Below are positions 1 to 13,198 of a DNA stretch of 64,000 nucleotides, in pieces. The translations under genes and the position numbers were made by a program. This DNA is from Vicugna vicugna (Eukaryota): NCBI GenBank assembly GCA_013265495.1, contig MU057654.1:71789-135788 (forward strand), given 5' to 3'. Under the pieces are notes generated by a model. That model had not been told where the DNA came from and did no database searches. It saw nothing but the letters and a program-made list of their open reading frames with translations. Position 1 is the stretch's first letter; every line of letters begins with the position of its first letter.

Positions 1-2470
1 TTTTATTTATCTCCACTCTAAATGACACATATTATTTCCTTTCTTTTTTATTATTATTTTCTTCCTTTTGCTAGCTTTGGATTTAGTTTGTTCTTCTTTT
101 TTCTAGTTCCTTACATTGTAATGTTAGGTTGTTAATTTGAGATCTCTTTCCTGTAAGCATTGACAATTGTACATTTCCACCTCAACACTACTTTGATGTA
201 CCCCATAAGTTTTGGTTGTTGCATTGGTTATTCTTGATTATATTTGTCTCATGGTATTTTCTAAATTCCCTTGTGATTTCTTCTTTGCCCCGTTGATTGC
301 TCAAGAGTATGTTGTTTAATTTCTATACATTTGTGAACCTTCCAGTTTTTCTTCTGTTATTGATTTCCAGTTTTGTTATATTGTGATTTAAAAAGATAAT
401 GTGTATGATTTCAATCTTTTAAAATTTATTAAGACTAGTTTTGTAACCAACATATAGGGTCTATTCTGGAGAATATTCCATGTGCAGCTGAGAACAATGT
501 TATGCTGATATTGTTGGTTGGAGTTTTCTATACATTTTTGTTAGGTCCAATTGGTTTATACTGGTGTCCTCCTCCCACCCACTTTGTGTTAGTGATATCA
601 CCAATTACATCTTTATACATTGTGTACCCATTAAAATAGATTTATTATTTTTGATGTATTTGTCTTTTAAAATTAAAAGTGGATTTATAAATCAAAATTT
701 TAAAAATACTGATTTTTATATTTTCCCATGTATTTTACCTTTACTGGAGATCTTTATAGTTTTATATAGCTACAGATTCCTTTTTAGTGTCCTTTCTTTT
801 CAACTTAAAGGAATCCCTTTAGCCTTTCTTGTAGGGCAGGTCTAGTGCTAATGAATTTTCTCAGCTTGTTTATCTGAGAATGCCTTAATTTCACCCTAAT
901 TTTTGAAGGATTGTTTTCACAGGTATAGAATTCTTATTTGATAGATTGTTTCTTTCAGTACTTTAAATATATTATCCTACCACATTCTGGCCTCTAAATT
1001 TCAGCTGACAGTCTTATTGAGAATCCTTTGTATGTGATGAATTGATTTTCTCTTGCTACTTGAAAGATTCTGTCTTTTCCTATTGACAGTTTGGTTTTAA
1101 TGGGTCTTGGTGTGGAACTGTTTGTGCTTGTTGTACTTGGGGTTTGTTGAGCCTCTTTTACTTGTACATTCACATACTTTGTCAAATTTGGGATGTTTTC
1201 AGTCATTATTTTTTCATACAATCTTTCTGCCACTTTCTGTCTCTCTTCTTCTGTGACTCTCATGATGTGTATCTTTGTCTTCTTGAGGGCATCCCTTAAG
1301 TCCTTCAGGCTCTGTTCACTTTTCTTCATTATTTCTTCTTTCTGCTCCTCAGACTCCATACTTACTAACGTCCTATATTCAAATGCACTGATTCTTTCTT
1401 CTGCTTGATCAAATATATGATTGAACCATTCTAATATACTTTTCAATTTCATTAAAGGATTTTTCAGGTCCAGAATTTGGTCCCTTTTAATAATCTCTGT
1501 CTTTGTTGATATTATCTTGTTCATACTTCTTTTTCCTGATTTCCTTTAGTTCTTTGTCTGTTTTCCTTTAGTTCTTGAGCATATGTGACAGTTGCTTTAA
1601 AATCTGTCTGGAAAGTCCCACGTCAGAGCTTCTTCGGGTGGAGATGTTTCTATCAGTTTATTCTGTGCCTTTGAATAGACTTTATTTTCCTGTTTTTTTG
1701 TATGCTTTGTCATTTTTGGTTGCAGAGTGAACATTTGAAATAACAACTACCCCTATCAGTCTTTGAAGACTTGTTCTCTACAAGGATAGTCCTTTACCAA
1801 TGAGCTGAACTTGCTCTATTTATAGGAATTAGCCCGAAGTGAAAGCTTAAGATCTTCTCAGGCTTTCTCTGCACATGCATGTTGCATGGGCCTGTGTGTG
1901 AATTTCTCGATTCGCTTTTATACATGGCTACTTTTAAATGTCTTAATTTATCAAAGAATCTCACCCCAGATTCTTCTTGGCACCTTAAATAGTCTATTGT
2001 TTGTCTCCACCTATAATCCTTGTCTCAGCTTTCTGTAGGCCTATAGTCTCCTTGCAGCTTTAATAAGCACTGTCTGTCGCCTTTTCCACCTGTGCTCAAA
2101 GTTACGAAAAACAGAGCAGTCCTTCAGGCAGCACTCAGACAAGTTAGAATATTGGAAGTAAGGTCTACTCTACTTCCTCTGGTTTGAAGGAGGGACTGGG
2201 AACTGGGCTGCTACCTCCTCCAGATCAAAACTGCTGCCACACTGGGCAAGTGGTAAGGAAAGGGTAAGTAAAAATGCCTCAAAACCTTTTGTTTCATTTT
2301 TAAAGTGGCCTTTTTCTGATTGGGTGTTCACTTAGTGGCTGTAGACCTTTGACTGTTCTCAGATCTCTTATAAAGTATTTTATCAAGTCTCTAGTTACCT
2401 TTTATAATGTTTTTGTGGGTGAATGAGGACCTGGAGCTTCTTAGTCTGCCATTTTGCTGACATCACTTCT
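1..2470 (-). mobile_element. Old L1 5' portion (5'UTR, ORF1 remnant, start of ORF2)
   Basis: Minus ORF 994..1524 reads as L1 ORF1 (…DQAEERISAFE…IMTENIPNL…TPRPI…GFSIRLSAEI). 1-560 resembles antisense ORF2 endonuclease sequence. The minus-strand 5' end near 2470 has AAAATGGC (YY1-type L1 5' motif). Confidence 0.9.
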
Positions 2471-3339
2471 CTCGTTTTTTAAAACGTATTTTCTTCTCTT
2501 CTCCTCTTATCTTCCATTTTTACACTGGAATAGCACCCACCCATTGAGCCCTAGAAAGAAGAAAGTACAAAATAACAGAAAGAAGGGTCTGCCATATAAC
2601 AAACTGAAATTAGGACACCTGTGTCCTAAATACCAGATCCATCTTTTCCTATAGACCAATGGTAGCCATTTTCCTTATGGTGGCCTCATCTGTAACACAG
2701 GAAACGTTTGTGTATCCCAATGGTTAGCAAAATGGGCTTTGATGTCAGATAAAGTTAGATGTCAGCTGGGCAAATTTAATTACTGATTTCATGATCTTTA
2801 TAGTGAACATTGAACCTCCAGAGATATGAAACCCATATGTAATATATAAGCATTATATGTGTCTACATGGAGAATATGACCAGAGTAAATGCAGAAATAA
2901 CCTACATCATTTTAAAATCACTGAGTGGTAGGTTTCAGGTTATTTACATATTTGTTTCTGGGCTTGACAATGTTTTCCACAATTTCTAAGCTAGTAATAG
3001 ATCATTTAATTAAAAGTAGAATTAAAGCTCAGAGAAGGAGTGCTTGCTATAAATCTTTCATACATAGATTTATAGAAAATAATATAACAGACTTCTATAT
3101 ACTCAGATTAAGAAATAAAATATTACATATGCAGTTGAAACTCACTTTGAAGTCTTCTCTGATTATATTAGCCTCCTTCTTCCCCAGAGGTAATTACTAT
3201 CAAGATTTTGGGTTTTTCATACTTAGGACTTTTCTTTATAGTTTATTACAAATGCATATATATAGTTTTATTACATATGTTTATATCCCTAAGTGAAATA
3301 TGGTACTGTTTTCTTGCATGGTTATATCTATAGGTGCTG

Positions 3340-3590
3340 GCTACCTGATGGAAAGGAGGAAGGAAGAAACATAAGGAGAACAAATACACATTCACATCTC
3401 AACACTGTGACCTGCCATATATGCCTTCCTTACCATGTGTATTCTCTTGCAGAGCTACTAAAATGGACACAGCCTTTTTTTTTTTAGTTTATGTGCTGTA
3501 GGGAGCACTAACACATTCTGCAGATACTATTTTCAGCCTTTTTTTCCCTGATGTCTTCAAAGTCTTAGTTTCCCAAGTGCCATCTAGCTC
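3340..3590 (+). pseudogene. Tentative H2A-like remnant
   Basis: ICLPYHVYSLAELLK vs VYLAAVLEYLTAEILE; downstream ILQIL vs HLQLA and VSQV. Few identities. Confidence 0.2.
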
Positions 3591-4519
3591 AAAATAATTT
3601 CTCAGTATATCCTTAATATAAAATATCTTTCCATTTGTCCAGGCCTCATTTACTGGCTTTCATTCACAATTACTCATGTAAGCCTATGTATCCAGAACCT
3701 AATCTGTAGTATCCTGGTGAAAGTTAGTTCTTCTGTGTCCGTATTATTACCCATATTCATTGATTGGCTTAAGGATGCATCCTATTTTGAACTTGATCTG
3801 ATTTTATATTGCAAGTACTGGCCATGCATATATTTTCCTTTCCTTTTATTGTTTTTAATTGCACAAGAAAGGTAATTCAGTGGTGTTTTAATATGCCTGA
3901 TTGCTTCTGAATGAGCCTGTGACTAAACTTTAACCCTGAATCCCACCACTTAAGGGTTATCCCCTCTGGATGCTGTGGAGCTGAGCTCTGGGCCATCTCA
4001 TGCAGGCCCTCACCCTTTCCCTCCCCTGTGGCATTCACTGCTTGGCTAACTGGGAGGTTAGGCTGATGAGCCTACTTTTAATTTAAGGAGATTTATTTGG
4101 GAGAGTACAGAAAGAAAAATGTTGTGAAACTGCTTTTATCTAAAATCCAGGAAAGTGGAGACCATCTGTTGAATGTAAGGTTTATTTGAGAGACATGCTT
4201 GCCCTTCCCCTAGGCATTTATATTTTCCCTGAAGCTGCTAAATGGGGACTGTCATGTGGATAGATTCATGAATTAGTTTCATAATCACCTTATTAACTAA
4301 TTCCCTTGGTTTAGGTATGTTCTTCAGCTGACACTGACTCACTTTCCTATGGAACACCTGGGGATATTTATTTTTTCTCTTTATCCTTTTCACTTCAAAA
4401 CTCAGGTGTTTTTGTTGTAGATAAAAGTGGGAAATGCAGGAAAGGTAAACAAAAAAACTTAGAAACCCTTAAAAGTCTATTACTCATGGATAAACACGTT
4501 TAATAGTTGAATATAATGT

Positions 4520-7144
4520 TTTTCAGAAAACAAGACCTACCTGTATGTTGTCTACAAGAAACCCACTTTAAATACAAAGATTCATATAGATTAAAGGTAA
4601 ATGGATAAAGAATATTCTAACATGCTAACGCTAACCAAAAGAAAGCAGGAGTAGCTATTTTCATTTCAGACAGAGCATACTTCAAAGCAAGGTAAGTTAT
4701 CAGAGATAAGTAAAGGCATTACACAATGATCAGAGAGGTCAATTCTGCAATACATAACAATCCTTCATGTTTATGTGCCTAACAACAAAGTGTGAGGCAA
4801 AAAAATGTGAGGCAAAAACTAATAGAATTGTGAAGGGAAGATTGATCACATGATCATATCAATACATTTGACAAAAGCATTTAATAAAATGTATCACCCA
4901 TTCATGATTTTAAAAAAACCTCGCAGTAAACTAGTAATAGAGGAGAAATTCCTCACATCGATATTGAATATCTACAAAACCCAATAGCTGGCATCATACT
5001 AATGATGAGAAACTTAAAGTTTCCCCACTAAAATTAGGTACAAAGTAAGGACGTCCTCTCTCACAACGCCTTTTCAGCATCATACCGAAAGTTCTAGCTA
5101 AATAAAAAGAAGAGGAAATAAAAGTATACAGATTAGGAAGGAAGAAATATGATGGTCTTTGTTCACAAATGACATTATCATCTATGTAGAAAATCCAAAA
5201 GAATTAACAACAACAAAAAATACCCCTTTGGAACAAATAAACAGTTATGGCAAGGTTGCAGTATACAAGGTTAATATGCCACTTTCCTATATACCAGCAA
5301 AAAAAGTAGAGTTTGAAGTTGAAAACACAATGCCATTTACATTAGCATCCCCCAAAATGAAGTACTTAGGTATAAATCTAACAAAATATCTATAAGATCT
5401 ATATGAGGAAAACTATAAAACTCTGATGAGTGAAATCAAAGAACTATATAAATAGAGATATTCCAGTTCATGGACAGGAAGACTCAATATTGTCAAGATG
5501 TCAGTTTTTCCCAACTTGGTCTGTAGGATCAATGCAGTACTCCTAAAATCCAAGCAAGTTATTTTGTGGATGTTGAAAAATTGATCCTAAAATTTACAGT
5601 GAGAGGCAAAAGACCCAAAATAGCCAACACAATATTGAAGAGCAAAGTTGGAAGACTGACACTACCCAACTTCAACACTTATTATAAAGCTATAGTAATC
5701 AAGACAGTGTGGTTTTGGCAGAAGAACAAATAGATCAGTGGAACAGAATAAAGAGCATATAAATAGACCCATATTAATATAGTAAACTGATCTTCAACAA
5801 AGGAGCAAAGGCAATAGAATGGAGTGAAGATACCACACATGGGGCTGAAACAACTGGGCATCCACATGCAAAAAAAAAATGAATCTAGACACACACTTTA
5901 CACTCTTCACAAAAAATAACTCAAAACACAGACCTAAATGTGAAACATAAAACTATAAAACTTCTGGAAGATAAAAGAGAAAATCTAGACACCCTTGGTT
6001 ATGGCAATGACTTTTAAGATATAATAGCAAAGACACAATCCATGAAAGAAATAATTGATAAGCTAGAATTTATGAAAATTAGAAAATTCTGCTCTGCAAA
6101 GAACAGTGTCAATAGAAAGAGAAGACAAGTTAAAGACTGGGAGAAAATATTGCAAAAGACATCTGATAAAGTACAGTCATCCAAAATTTATAAAGAATTC
6201 TTAAAACTCAACAATAAGAAAACGAACAACCTAATTTTAAAAAATGAGACAAAGACCTTAACAGACAACTCATCAAAGAAGATATACAGATGGCAAATAA
6301 GCATAGGTAAAGATGCTCCACATCATATGTCATCAGAGAAGTATAAATTAAAACAACAGTGAAATACCACTACACATTTATTAGAATGGCCAAAATTCAG
6401 AACACTGGCAACACCAAGTGCTAGGGAGGATTTGGTGCAAAAGGAGCTCTCATTTATTGCTGATGGGAATGCAGATTGGTTACAGCCACTTTGGAAGACA
6501 GGTTGGTGGTTTCTTACAAAACTAAACATACTCTTACCACACAGTCCAGTAATCACACTCCTTGGTGTTTACCCAAAAGAGTTCAAAACTTATGTCCACA
6601 CAAAAACATCCACACAGATGTTTATAGCAGCTTTATTTATAATTGCTTAAACTTGGAAGCAATAAGATGTCCTTCATTAGGTGAATGGATAAATAAACTG
6701 TGGTACATTCATACACTGGAATATTATTCAGTGTTAAAAAGAAATAATCTATCAAGCCTTGGAAAGACATGGACAAACTTTAAATGCATATTACTAAGTG
6801 AAAGAAGCCAACCAGAAAAAGGCTACAATACCTTTTTGAATTAGTGTTTTCATATGCTTTGGATAAATACGCAGAAGTGGGATAGCTGGATCATATGGTA
6901 GTTTTATTTCTAATTTATTGAAGAATCTCCGTACTGTTTTCCATAGTGGCTGCACCGGTTTACATTCCAACATACACCAACAGTGTATAAGGGTTACTTT
7001 TTCTGTACATCTTTGCCAACACTTGTTATTTCTTACCTTTTTTATAATAGCCATTCTAATAGTGTTCATTGCAGCATTGTTTACAATAGCCAAGATACAG
7101 AAACAATGTAAGCGCCCATCAATGGATGAATGGATAAAGAATAT

Positions 7145-7179
<35 letters not shown>

Positions 7180-7890
7180 ATACTACATAGCCATAAAAAA
7201 GTGAAATCTTGCCATTTGTGACAATATGGATAGACCTTGAGGATAAGTGAAGTAAGTCATATGATAAAAGACAAATACTGTATGATTTCACCCATATTTG
7301 GAATAAAATAAACAAATGAAAAAACCAAACCAGCAAAGGTAGAGAGGGGGAGGGTGAAATATGTAAAGGGGATCAACCGTATGGTGACAGTTGGAAACTA
7401 AGTTTTTGGTGGTGAGAACCGTGTGGTGTACACAGCAGTAGAAATATAATGTTGTGCATGAAACTTATATAATGTTATAAGCCAATGTTACCTCAATAAA
7501 AAAATAAAATAAAAAAGAAAAAGTTACATATTGTATGATTCCAACTATATGACATTCTGAAAACAGCAAAACTATGGAAACAGTGAAAAAAAGATCGGTG
7601 GTTGCTAGGATTTTCAAGGAGAGAGGAGGAGGAGGAATAAGCAGAGTATAGAGCACTTTTACAGCAGTGAATGAGTCCTAAGGTAGACTGTGGACTTTGC
7701 CTGGTTATGATGTGTCCATGCAGGTTCATCCATTGTAACAAATATATCACTCTGCTGGAGGATGTTGATAATGGGGGAGGCTACGCATGTATGGGGACAG
7801 GGGTATATGGGAAATCTCTGTACCTCCCAGTTATTTTTGCTGTGATTGTACAACCATTCTAAAAAAAGTAGTCTTAATGTTTTTTTAAAA
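4520..7890 (+). mobile_element. Old L1 (ORF2 fragments plus 3'UTR), interrupted by a younger L1 at 6828-7515
   Basis: RT motif remnant FTNDIIIYVENPK, KYLGINLTK, C-terminal ORF2 peptides; the 3'UTR resumes after 7516. Confidence 0.92.
6828..7515 (+). mobile_element. Younger 5'-inverted (twin-primed) L1 insertion
   Basis: 6828-7061 is antisense L1 ORF2 end; 7062-7515 is sense 3' end with an A-rich tail. TSD-like AGAAAAAGGCTACA (6814-6827) / AGAAAAAGTTACA (7516-7528). Confidence 0.88.
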
Positions 7891-8016
7891 AGTTAAGGTC
7901 AAGTAGCCATGTCATCTCAGATCTTACCTTTGAGTTTCCCCTCTTACCCTCCTGTTTCTAACGTAGAGTTAATGAGACCCCTCCAATGGAACAGTATGGG
8001 GTTTAACAATGTATAT

Positions 8017-8441
8017 TCAGTTATTAGTGAATGGAAGGATCAATACTTGTGTGTCAAAGAAATAGTAGTAAGTTTTTAGATTTTTGCCTCTCACGGAGGC
8101 AGCAGATGGCTGATGTCCTCGTGTGATGTAGCTGGATGATGCATGATTTTTTTCGAAGACCCCTGCACTGGTGACTATGGAGTGGGTCCCAAATTTCCCT
8201 ATAAATATATTAACATACCAAACAGTCCAGGAGCAGCAGTTAGGCAAACACCACACCTTGCTGCCCTGGTGCCATCTCTCACTGAGCTCACCAGATGAAG
8301 CAAAGACGAACATGTCTTCCCAGCGTGGGGAACTGGATTAGGATCTGCTCAGAGGCACGTTGTTGGACAGCTCTTATGAGCTTCTGAGCCTCCCAAGAAC
8401 CTAGAGATCGTCCTGACTCCAAAACTTTGAACTCAAGGCAT
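8017..8441 (-). pseudogene. Decayed histone H2A-like gene
   Basis: Ordered motifs IQFP, GELSER (vs GNYSER), VCLTAA-LDCL (vs VYLAAVLEYL), KKSCII (vs KKTRII), AIC (vs AIR); ATG at 8441. Confidence 0.6.
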
Positions 8442-8518
8442 ATCAGAGAGATATTTGTTTCCTGTATAAAGATACCTGCCCTCTCATTAGGACAATCTAT
8501 GAGAAATGACTTTTCACA

Positions 8519-8861
8519 GTGCCTGTCTTAGCCCCAAGGCTCAGCCAGCCTCTACTGCTGTGTCACAACTTTTAAAGGGCCCTTGAAATCCCACTAGGTG
8601 TCATATACTCTGGGCAGGCTTTCTCATTCACTCCTCAGGATGCTCTGTGACACAGGTATCACGAGTCCCACATCATAGATGCCCAAGTCAGACTGACAGA
8701 GCCTCAGTCACCTCTCTAGATAAGTGGCAGGATGGGATGAGGTTCCATCCTTCACCCTCCCTGGAGGACACAGAGCAGCCTCCCTTTCAGAAGGTGGGCT
8801 TCCAGGGCTGGAGAAGTGGTCAGATCACATTCGTTACTATTGTGGCCCTATGAGGCCACAA
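8519..8861 (+). pseudogene. Decayed H2B-like gene with 3' hairpin
   Basis: DTGITS at 8649 (vs DTGISS), LPGLEK (vs LPGELAK), hairpin TTGTGGCC-CTATGA-GGCCACAA at 8840-8861. Confidence 0.4.
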
Positions 8862-8999
8862 CTCCTCTGGTGATGAAGATGACAGATGAGATGAAATCCC
8901 ACCCCTTCTTTCAAGAGACCTGGGTGTCGGGGCCACATCCGTTGGCTGATCCCTGAAGAGGGGAGTGAGGCTCAGGCAGAAGCTCAGGTGATTTTGAGG

Positions 9000-9280
9000 G
9001 AAGGAAAGTGATATGTAAGGAAGTGTTTTAAGTAATTGTACTTTCTATTTCATCTCCTTTCATTCCAACAGCTCTTCAAGTTACCCATCATTATGACCAA
9101 CATTCATACCAGGGTACTGACTTCAGGGAAGTTTATGTAAATCAGAGGACACTTTTTGTTGCTCCTTAATCAGCAGCTCACTTTAGAATTACTCTAAAGT
9201 TTTTTCCATTTTGTCTTGATGCTCTGAATGCTCTAATCTTCCTTCAGGCTGGCAATACATGCTCGTTACATTTTCCCCGC
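9000..9280 (-). pseudogene. Decayed H2A-like gene
   Basis: TLE*F*SELL (vs VLEYLTAEIL) at 9200-9171 and VGHNDG*LEELL (vs AIRNDEELNKLL) ending at 9066, at near-canonical spacing. Confidence 0.55.
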
Positions 9281-9683
9281 TTTTTAATAGGACTTTCATT
9301 GTTTTTAAGCCACATTATTGAAATTTAAAATACTTTTCTAAATGGAAAAAAAACAAAGAATTATGTTATTTTTTTGAAGTATAATTGATTTACAATGTTT
9401 TAGTTTCTGGTGTACAGCAAAGTGATTCAGTTACACATATAGATATATAATATACTCTTTTTCATATTATTTTACATTATAAAGAGTCATGTTGAAACAG
9501 AGGAGAAAACATTTGTAAACAATACTTCATACTGGGTTAATATCCATGATTTGTGAAGCATACTCAGTAACAAAATGATTGGCAACCTAATTTCAACAAA
9601 GAATTCATATAAATATATACATATATATAAATATATATACATATATATGTAATAAACATGTTAAAATATGCATAACCCACTAG

Positions 9684-10151
9684 TTTATTATTCAGGGTTC
9701 TCTAGAGAAACTGAAACAGTGAGCTATGTATTTATATATAAAAGGAGAGTCATTACAAGGAATTGGCTCATGCAGTTACGGAGGCTGAGAGGTACCACGG
9801 TTCTTTTGTTTGCAAGCTGGAGACCCAGGAAAGCTGGTGGTGTAATTCAGTCTGAGTCCAAAGGCCTGAAAACCCAGGAAGCAGATGGTTTAAATCCCAG
9901 TGTGAGGGCCAGAAGAATAGGCAGTGTAGCAGGAAGCAAAAGGGGGAGAATTCCTCCTCCCTTTGCTTTTGTTCTATTCAAGCTTTCAGCAAATTGGATG
10001 AGCATCCCCTCCATGGAGGGGGGGACAATCTATTGATCACACCAATTCAAATACTAATTTCATCCAGCAACACCCTTGCAGACACACCCAGAATCATGTT
10101 TAATCTGGGCATCCTGGCCAGTTGAGTTGACACATAAAATTAACCATCACA
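9684..10151 (-). mobile_element. Solo LTR, MLT2-like (ERVL)
   Basis: Minus strand starts TGTGATGGTTAATTTTATGTGTCAACT; 5-bp TSD ACTAG at 9679-9683 and 10152-10156. Confidence 0.85.
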
Positions 10152-10829
10152 ACTAGAACTAACAAGATGAAAATATAAACCTTAAGAAGAACAGTAAGCA
10201 GAGAGGCAAGATGCAAAAGATGAATAATGAGATTCCTCTTTTGGAAAAGACATGTGTTTGTGCAGGTGTTTATGTTTGTGTACCCTCACCTACATAGACA
10301 CGTCTGGGAGGGAAACACCTATCTATGACAATAGATCTTTTTTGGGTCAGGGGGTGGGGGTCAGACCTGTAAGAGAGATGATAAAGTGTACTTTAACATA
10401 TTGTTTGGAATGTATTCAGGAAAAAGCATTTTCATACAAATTTGAAAAGAAAATACCACGAACAGACTGACAAAGGTAATGTGAACGTGTATTTATTACT
10501 TTGGAAAAAGCATTCACTGTATTCAGTTTTCTGGGGAAATGAAGTAAATTTAAAAATAGAATTGACTCTGTGTGTGTGTTTCTGGGTCTCCTCTAGCTCT
10601 ATAACCCCCAATACTCACATGGTTACAAGTGCAGTTTTCTCTTCAGTTCAGACCAGGGCTGGACATCCTATCTCAGGTTTATATATACCAGAAAATGATG
10701 GACACAGATGGATTACTCGCAGTAAATGCCAATTTCCAGAAAATACTGGCTGATATCAGTAAGTAGAGATCAAAATCTCAATCTTTCTCTTCCTCTTGCC
10801 CAGTCCCCTGGTCTGAGCCTCTCATAGCT

Positions 10830-10860
10830 TGCAATTCTGGGTATGACCACCAGATGGCGT
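10830..10860 (+). promoter_or_regulatory. CTCF motif with upstream motif
   Basis: TGCAATTCT-N5-TGACCACCAGATGGCG. Confidence 0.7.
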
Positions 10861-10999
10861 TTATCCTACATTTCTGTTTTAAGGAAAAGGAGTATATTTT
10901 CCAAAAATGTCCAATTATATGAAATAATTTACTATGATACCAGTTCCTTTGGAAAATTCATTTATATATTAAAACAGTTCCACCTGCTTTTGACTACAA

Positions 11000-11300
11000 A
11001 TCTACATTGCGTTCATTGATCCCTCGTCAGTGAAGTGTTTACACTGTAGAAGGTCCCTCCCAGAGAGCACCACATTCACTTTCCATTACCCGACTCCTGT
11101 ACAGGCTTCCCTGACCTTGTCTTACCCCCTGCTGGTTATCCCCCGTCCATGATACTGGACACAGCTGTCCAGACACTGCTCATATATCCCATCCTCTCTC
11201 AGTCACCTAATCCCTGTCCAGCGCTGCCTTCCATCCACCAGCTGCCCACTACCCAGGCACAACTGCCACCTGGTGTTTCACTGCATGTAGGCCCTAGAAT
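11000..11300 (+). pseudogene. Tentative H2B (H2B.W-like) remnant
   Basis: GTC CAT GAT A-- CTG GAC = VHD(I)LD; QLPPG vs LLLPG. The paralogue at 25240-25560 has SQEA, TLD and CLLP. Confidence 0.3.
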
Positions 11301-11399
11301 GTATGTTTTTACAGTCTTCTTTTACACTGATGAGTTTTTTTCAGACAAAATTAGAATCATTCTGTGCATAGGTTCAAAGGCTGACTATTACGGGAGAAT

Positions 11400-11650
11400 A
11401 TTGTAATGTTTTGCTCCTCAAATAGACGTCTTTCTAGAGAAGTTTGATGATAAAGGTAAGTTGGTGCCACCTCGTGACAGAAGCCTGAACTTCAGCTTGA
11501 ACTTTCCAGAATTAGACGGTGGCTGTGGCCAAAACTTACCAGAAAGCTTTCTGGAAGTCTGGGTGGAAAGGAGGGCATTGCTAATGTACAAGGATACTGA
11601 TGAGCTCCAGGCAGAAAATGCAGCCTCTTACTATGCTGAAGAGAAAGTTG
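11400..11650 (-). pseudogene. Tentative H2B-like remnant
   Basis: FHPDFQKA (vs VHPDTGISSKA) and RLLSRG (vs RLLLPG); the latter overlaps a CTCF motif. Confidence 0.35.
11464..11494 (-). promoter_or_regulatory. CTCF motif (reverse) with degenerate upstream motif
   Basis: Minus strand TGAAGTTCA-N6-TGTCACGAGGTGGCAC. Confidence 0.55.
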
Positions 11651-12489
11651 TATGTTAGAATAACAAAAAGATTTTTATTTTAATACTTTGAGACCTATGG
11701 ACAAAAGCTAGAGACCTACATAAGCAAAAATGGATCCGTGCTGTTTATGATCTGCGTGAGCCACTTTTGCACTTATTATGACCATCTTTCCACATATATA
11801 CTTTTATATCATAACATTTCATATCATAAAATAAATTATTTTACAACAAAATTTCAGTTATTTTTTACATCAACCAGGCATGTCTTCATATGGATGCCTC
11901 AAAATTTATTTAACCAATATCCTAGTGATGAAAATTTAGTTCCCTTAGCATATTTTCTATTATGAACAATAGTATACTTAACACTCTTGCTCATACATAT
12001 GCAGATATCTTTGTATGCATTTCTATGTAAGTTCCTGAAATTGTCCTTTCAAAACTATTCCATCTAAAAACTTTTATATTAACACATCACATTCAAAATT
12101 CGGTTACTAACTTATATCCTTTACAATGCAGTATTCCAGTGCCTGTTTTATTTATGTTGGAGATAATTTGAATCATTGCTAATCTAATAGACAACTAATC
12201 ATCTCTCATCATTTGTGTCCCATTATAACTCACTTTTAATCCCTACCTTATGTGACATAATCAATTCTCACAACTTCATGCTATTTGGAATTCAGAATGT
12301 TTCCGATATAACCTGTTATCAACTTTGTGTAGATGGCGTATTTTCACTGACTGTACACTGGTGAAGGCCAAAGTTCAGGCCACTTTCGGGTGGATATTTG
12401 CACTGAAGAGCTGAACTTGTCTTCTTTAATCTCAGCAAGCTATCTTGAGCAAATTCTAGTATTGTTATAAGACAACTTGATGAGTGTCT

Positions 12490-12526
<37 letters not shown>

Positions 12527-12527
12527 T
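12490..12527. repeat. (TG)n(GA)n microsatellite
   Basis: Direct reading. Confidence 0.95.
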
Positions 12528-13198
12528 CTATGAGAGTGTGCTGACAACTACATTTTCCTCTGCTCCCCTGCCCCTTCATGGCTTTGCTTCCCACTTGGTC
12601 ATTTCTTCGGAATTAAAATCTAACCAATCACTCCCCCCCCCAAACAGAGCTGCATTTGTTGCCAAATCCCCCTCCCTTATGCTTGGGCAACTGTGCTGTT
12701 GCAGACACATGGGTTTGGCATATTTAAATGTGCTTTTTGCTGTTGTCCACACTATGTTTAGCTGTTTAGCTGTGTTCAGTAGAATCTCTGTACAGGATTT
12801 CCCCTGGGACTTGATGGATTGTTTCTGGATTTCCATCATGTTGTCTGCACATGTTCCCTCATACATAGTTAGCTCTATCACTTTGGGTTATTTTTGGAGT
12901 GCCTCAGTGGCTTATCAGGTGGGCCCATGATTCCCTTTTCTTTTGCCTCTAATTCATCTCTTTGGCAATTTACTGGAGGTAGGGATTAGTGAAAAGGCAG
13001 GGATGATTCCTGGGCTGCCCTGAGTCCTTTGACCTTGGACCAGAGGCATTCTAATATTTAACGACTGGATCTGACAAAATGTAACTAGTGGTGGTAGCAC
13101 AGTTTGGAACATTTGGAAGGCATTGCATGACAATAGAGATACTTTTAAGTGAAGAATAAAGAGTATTGAGGTCAAAGTACCTAAGTGTCCAAGGGAAT

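Larger units (their letters stand above)
10600..11970 (+). repeat. Local segmental duplicate, copy 1 (paralogous to 24855-26235)
   Basis: Colinear matches such as TTCCAGAAAATACTGGCTGATAT, CTGGACACAGCTG, GCTTTCTGGAAGTCTGGGTGGAAAG, TTTACAACAAAATTTCAGTT in both copies. Confidence 0.93.

Noticed and set aside
3640..4010. Possible H2B remnant with a GGGCC…GGCCC hairpin
   Set aside because: Too few identities and an atypical loop.
994..7336. L1-derived ORFs as functional genes
   Set aside because: Fragmented by stops and frameshifts.
8591..8603. CTCF-like CCACTAGGTGTCA (also ~8099 and ~31998)
   Set aside because: Core mismatches and no upstream motif.
12576..12950. Possible H2A remnant on the minus strand (ANYV, TEILL, DNSKK, PMCLQ)
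   Set aside because: Motif spacing fits H2A poorly, so it is left uncalled pending an HMM test.
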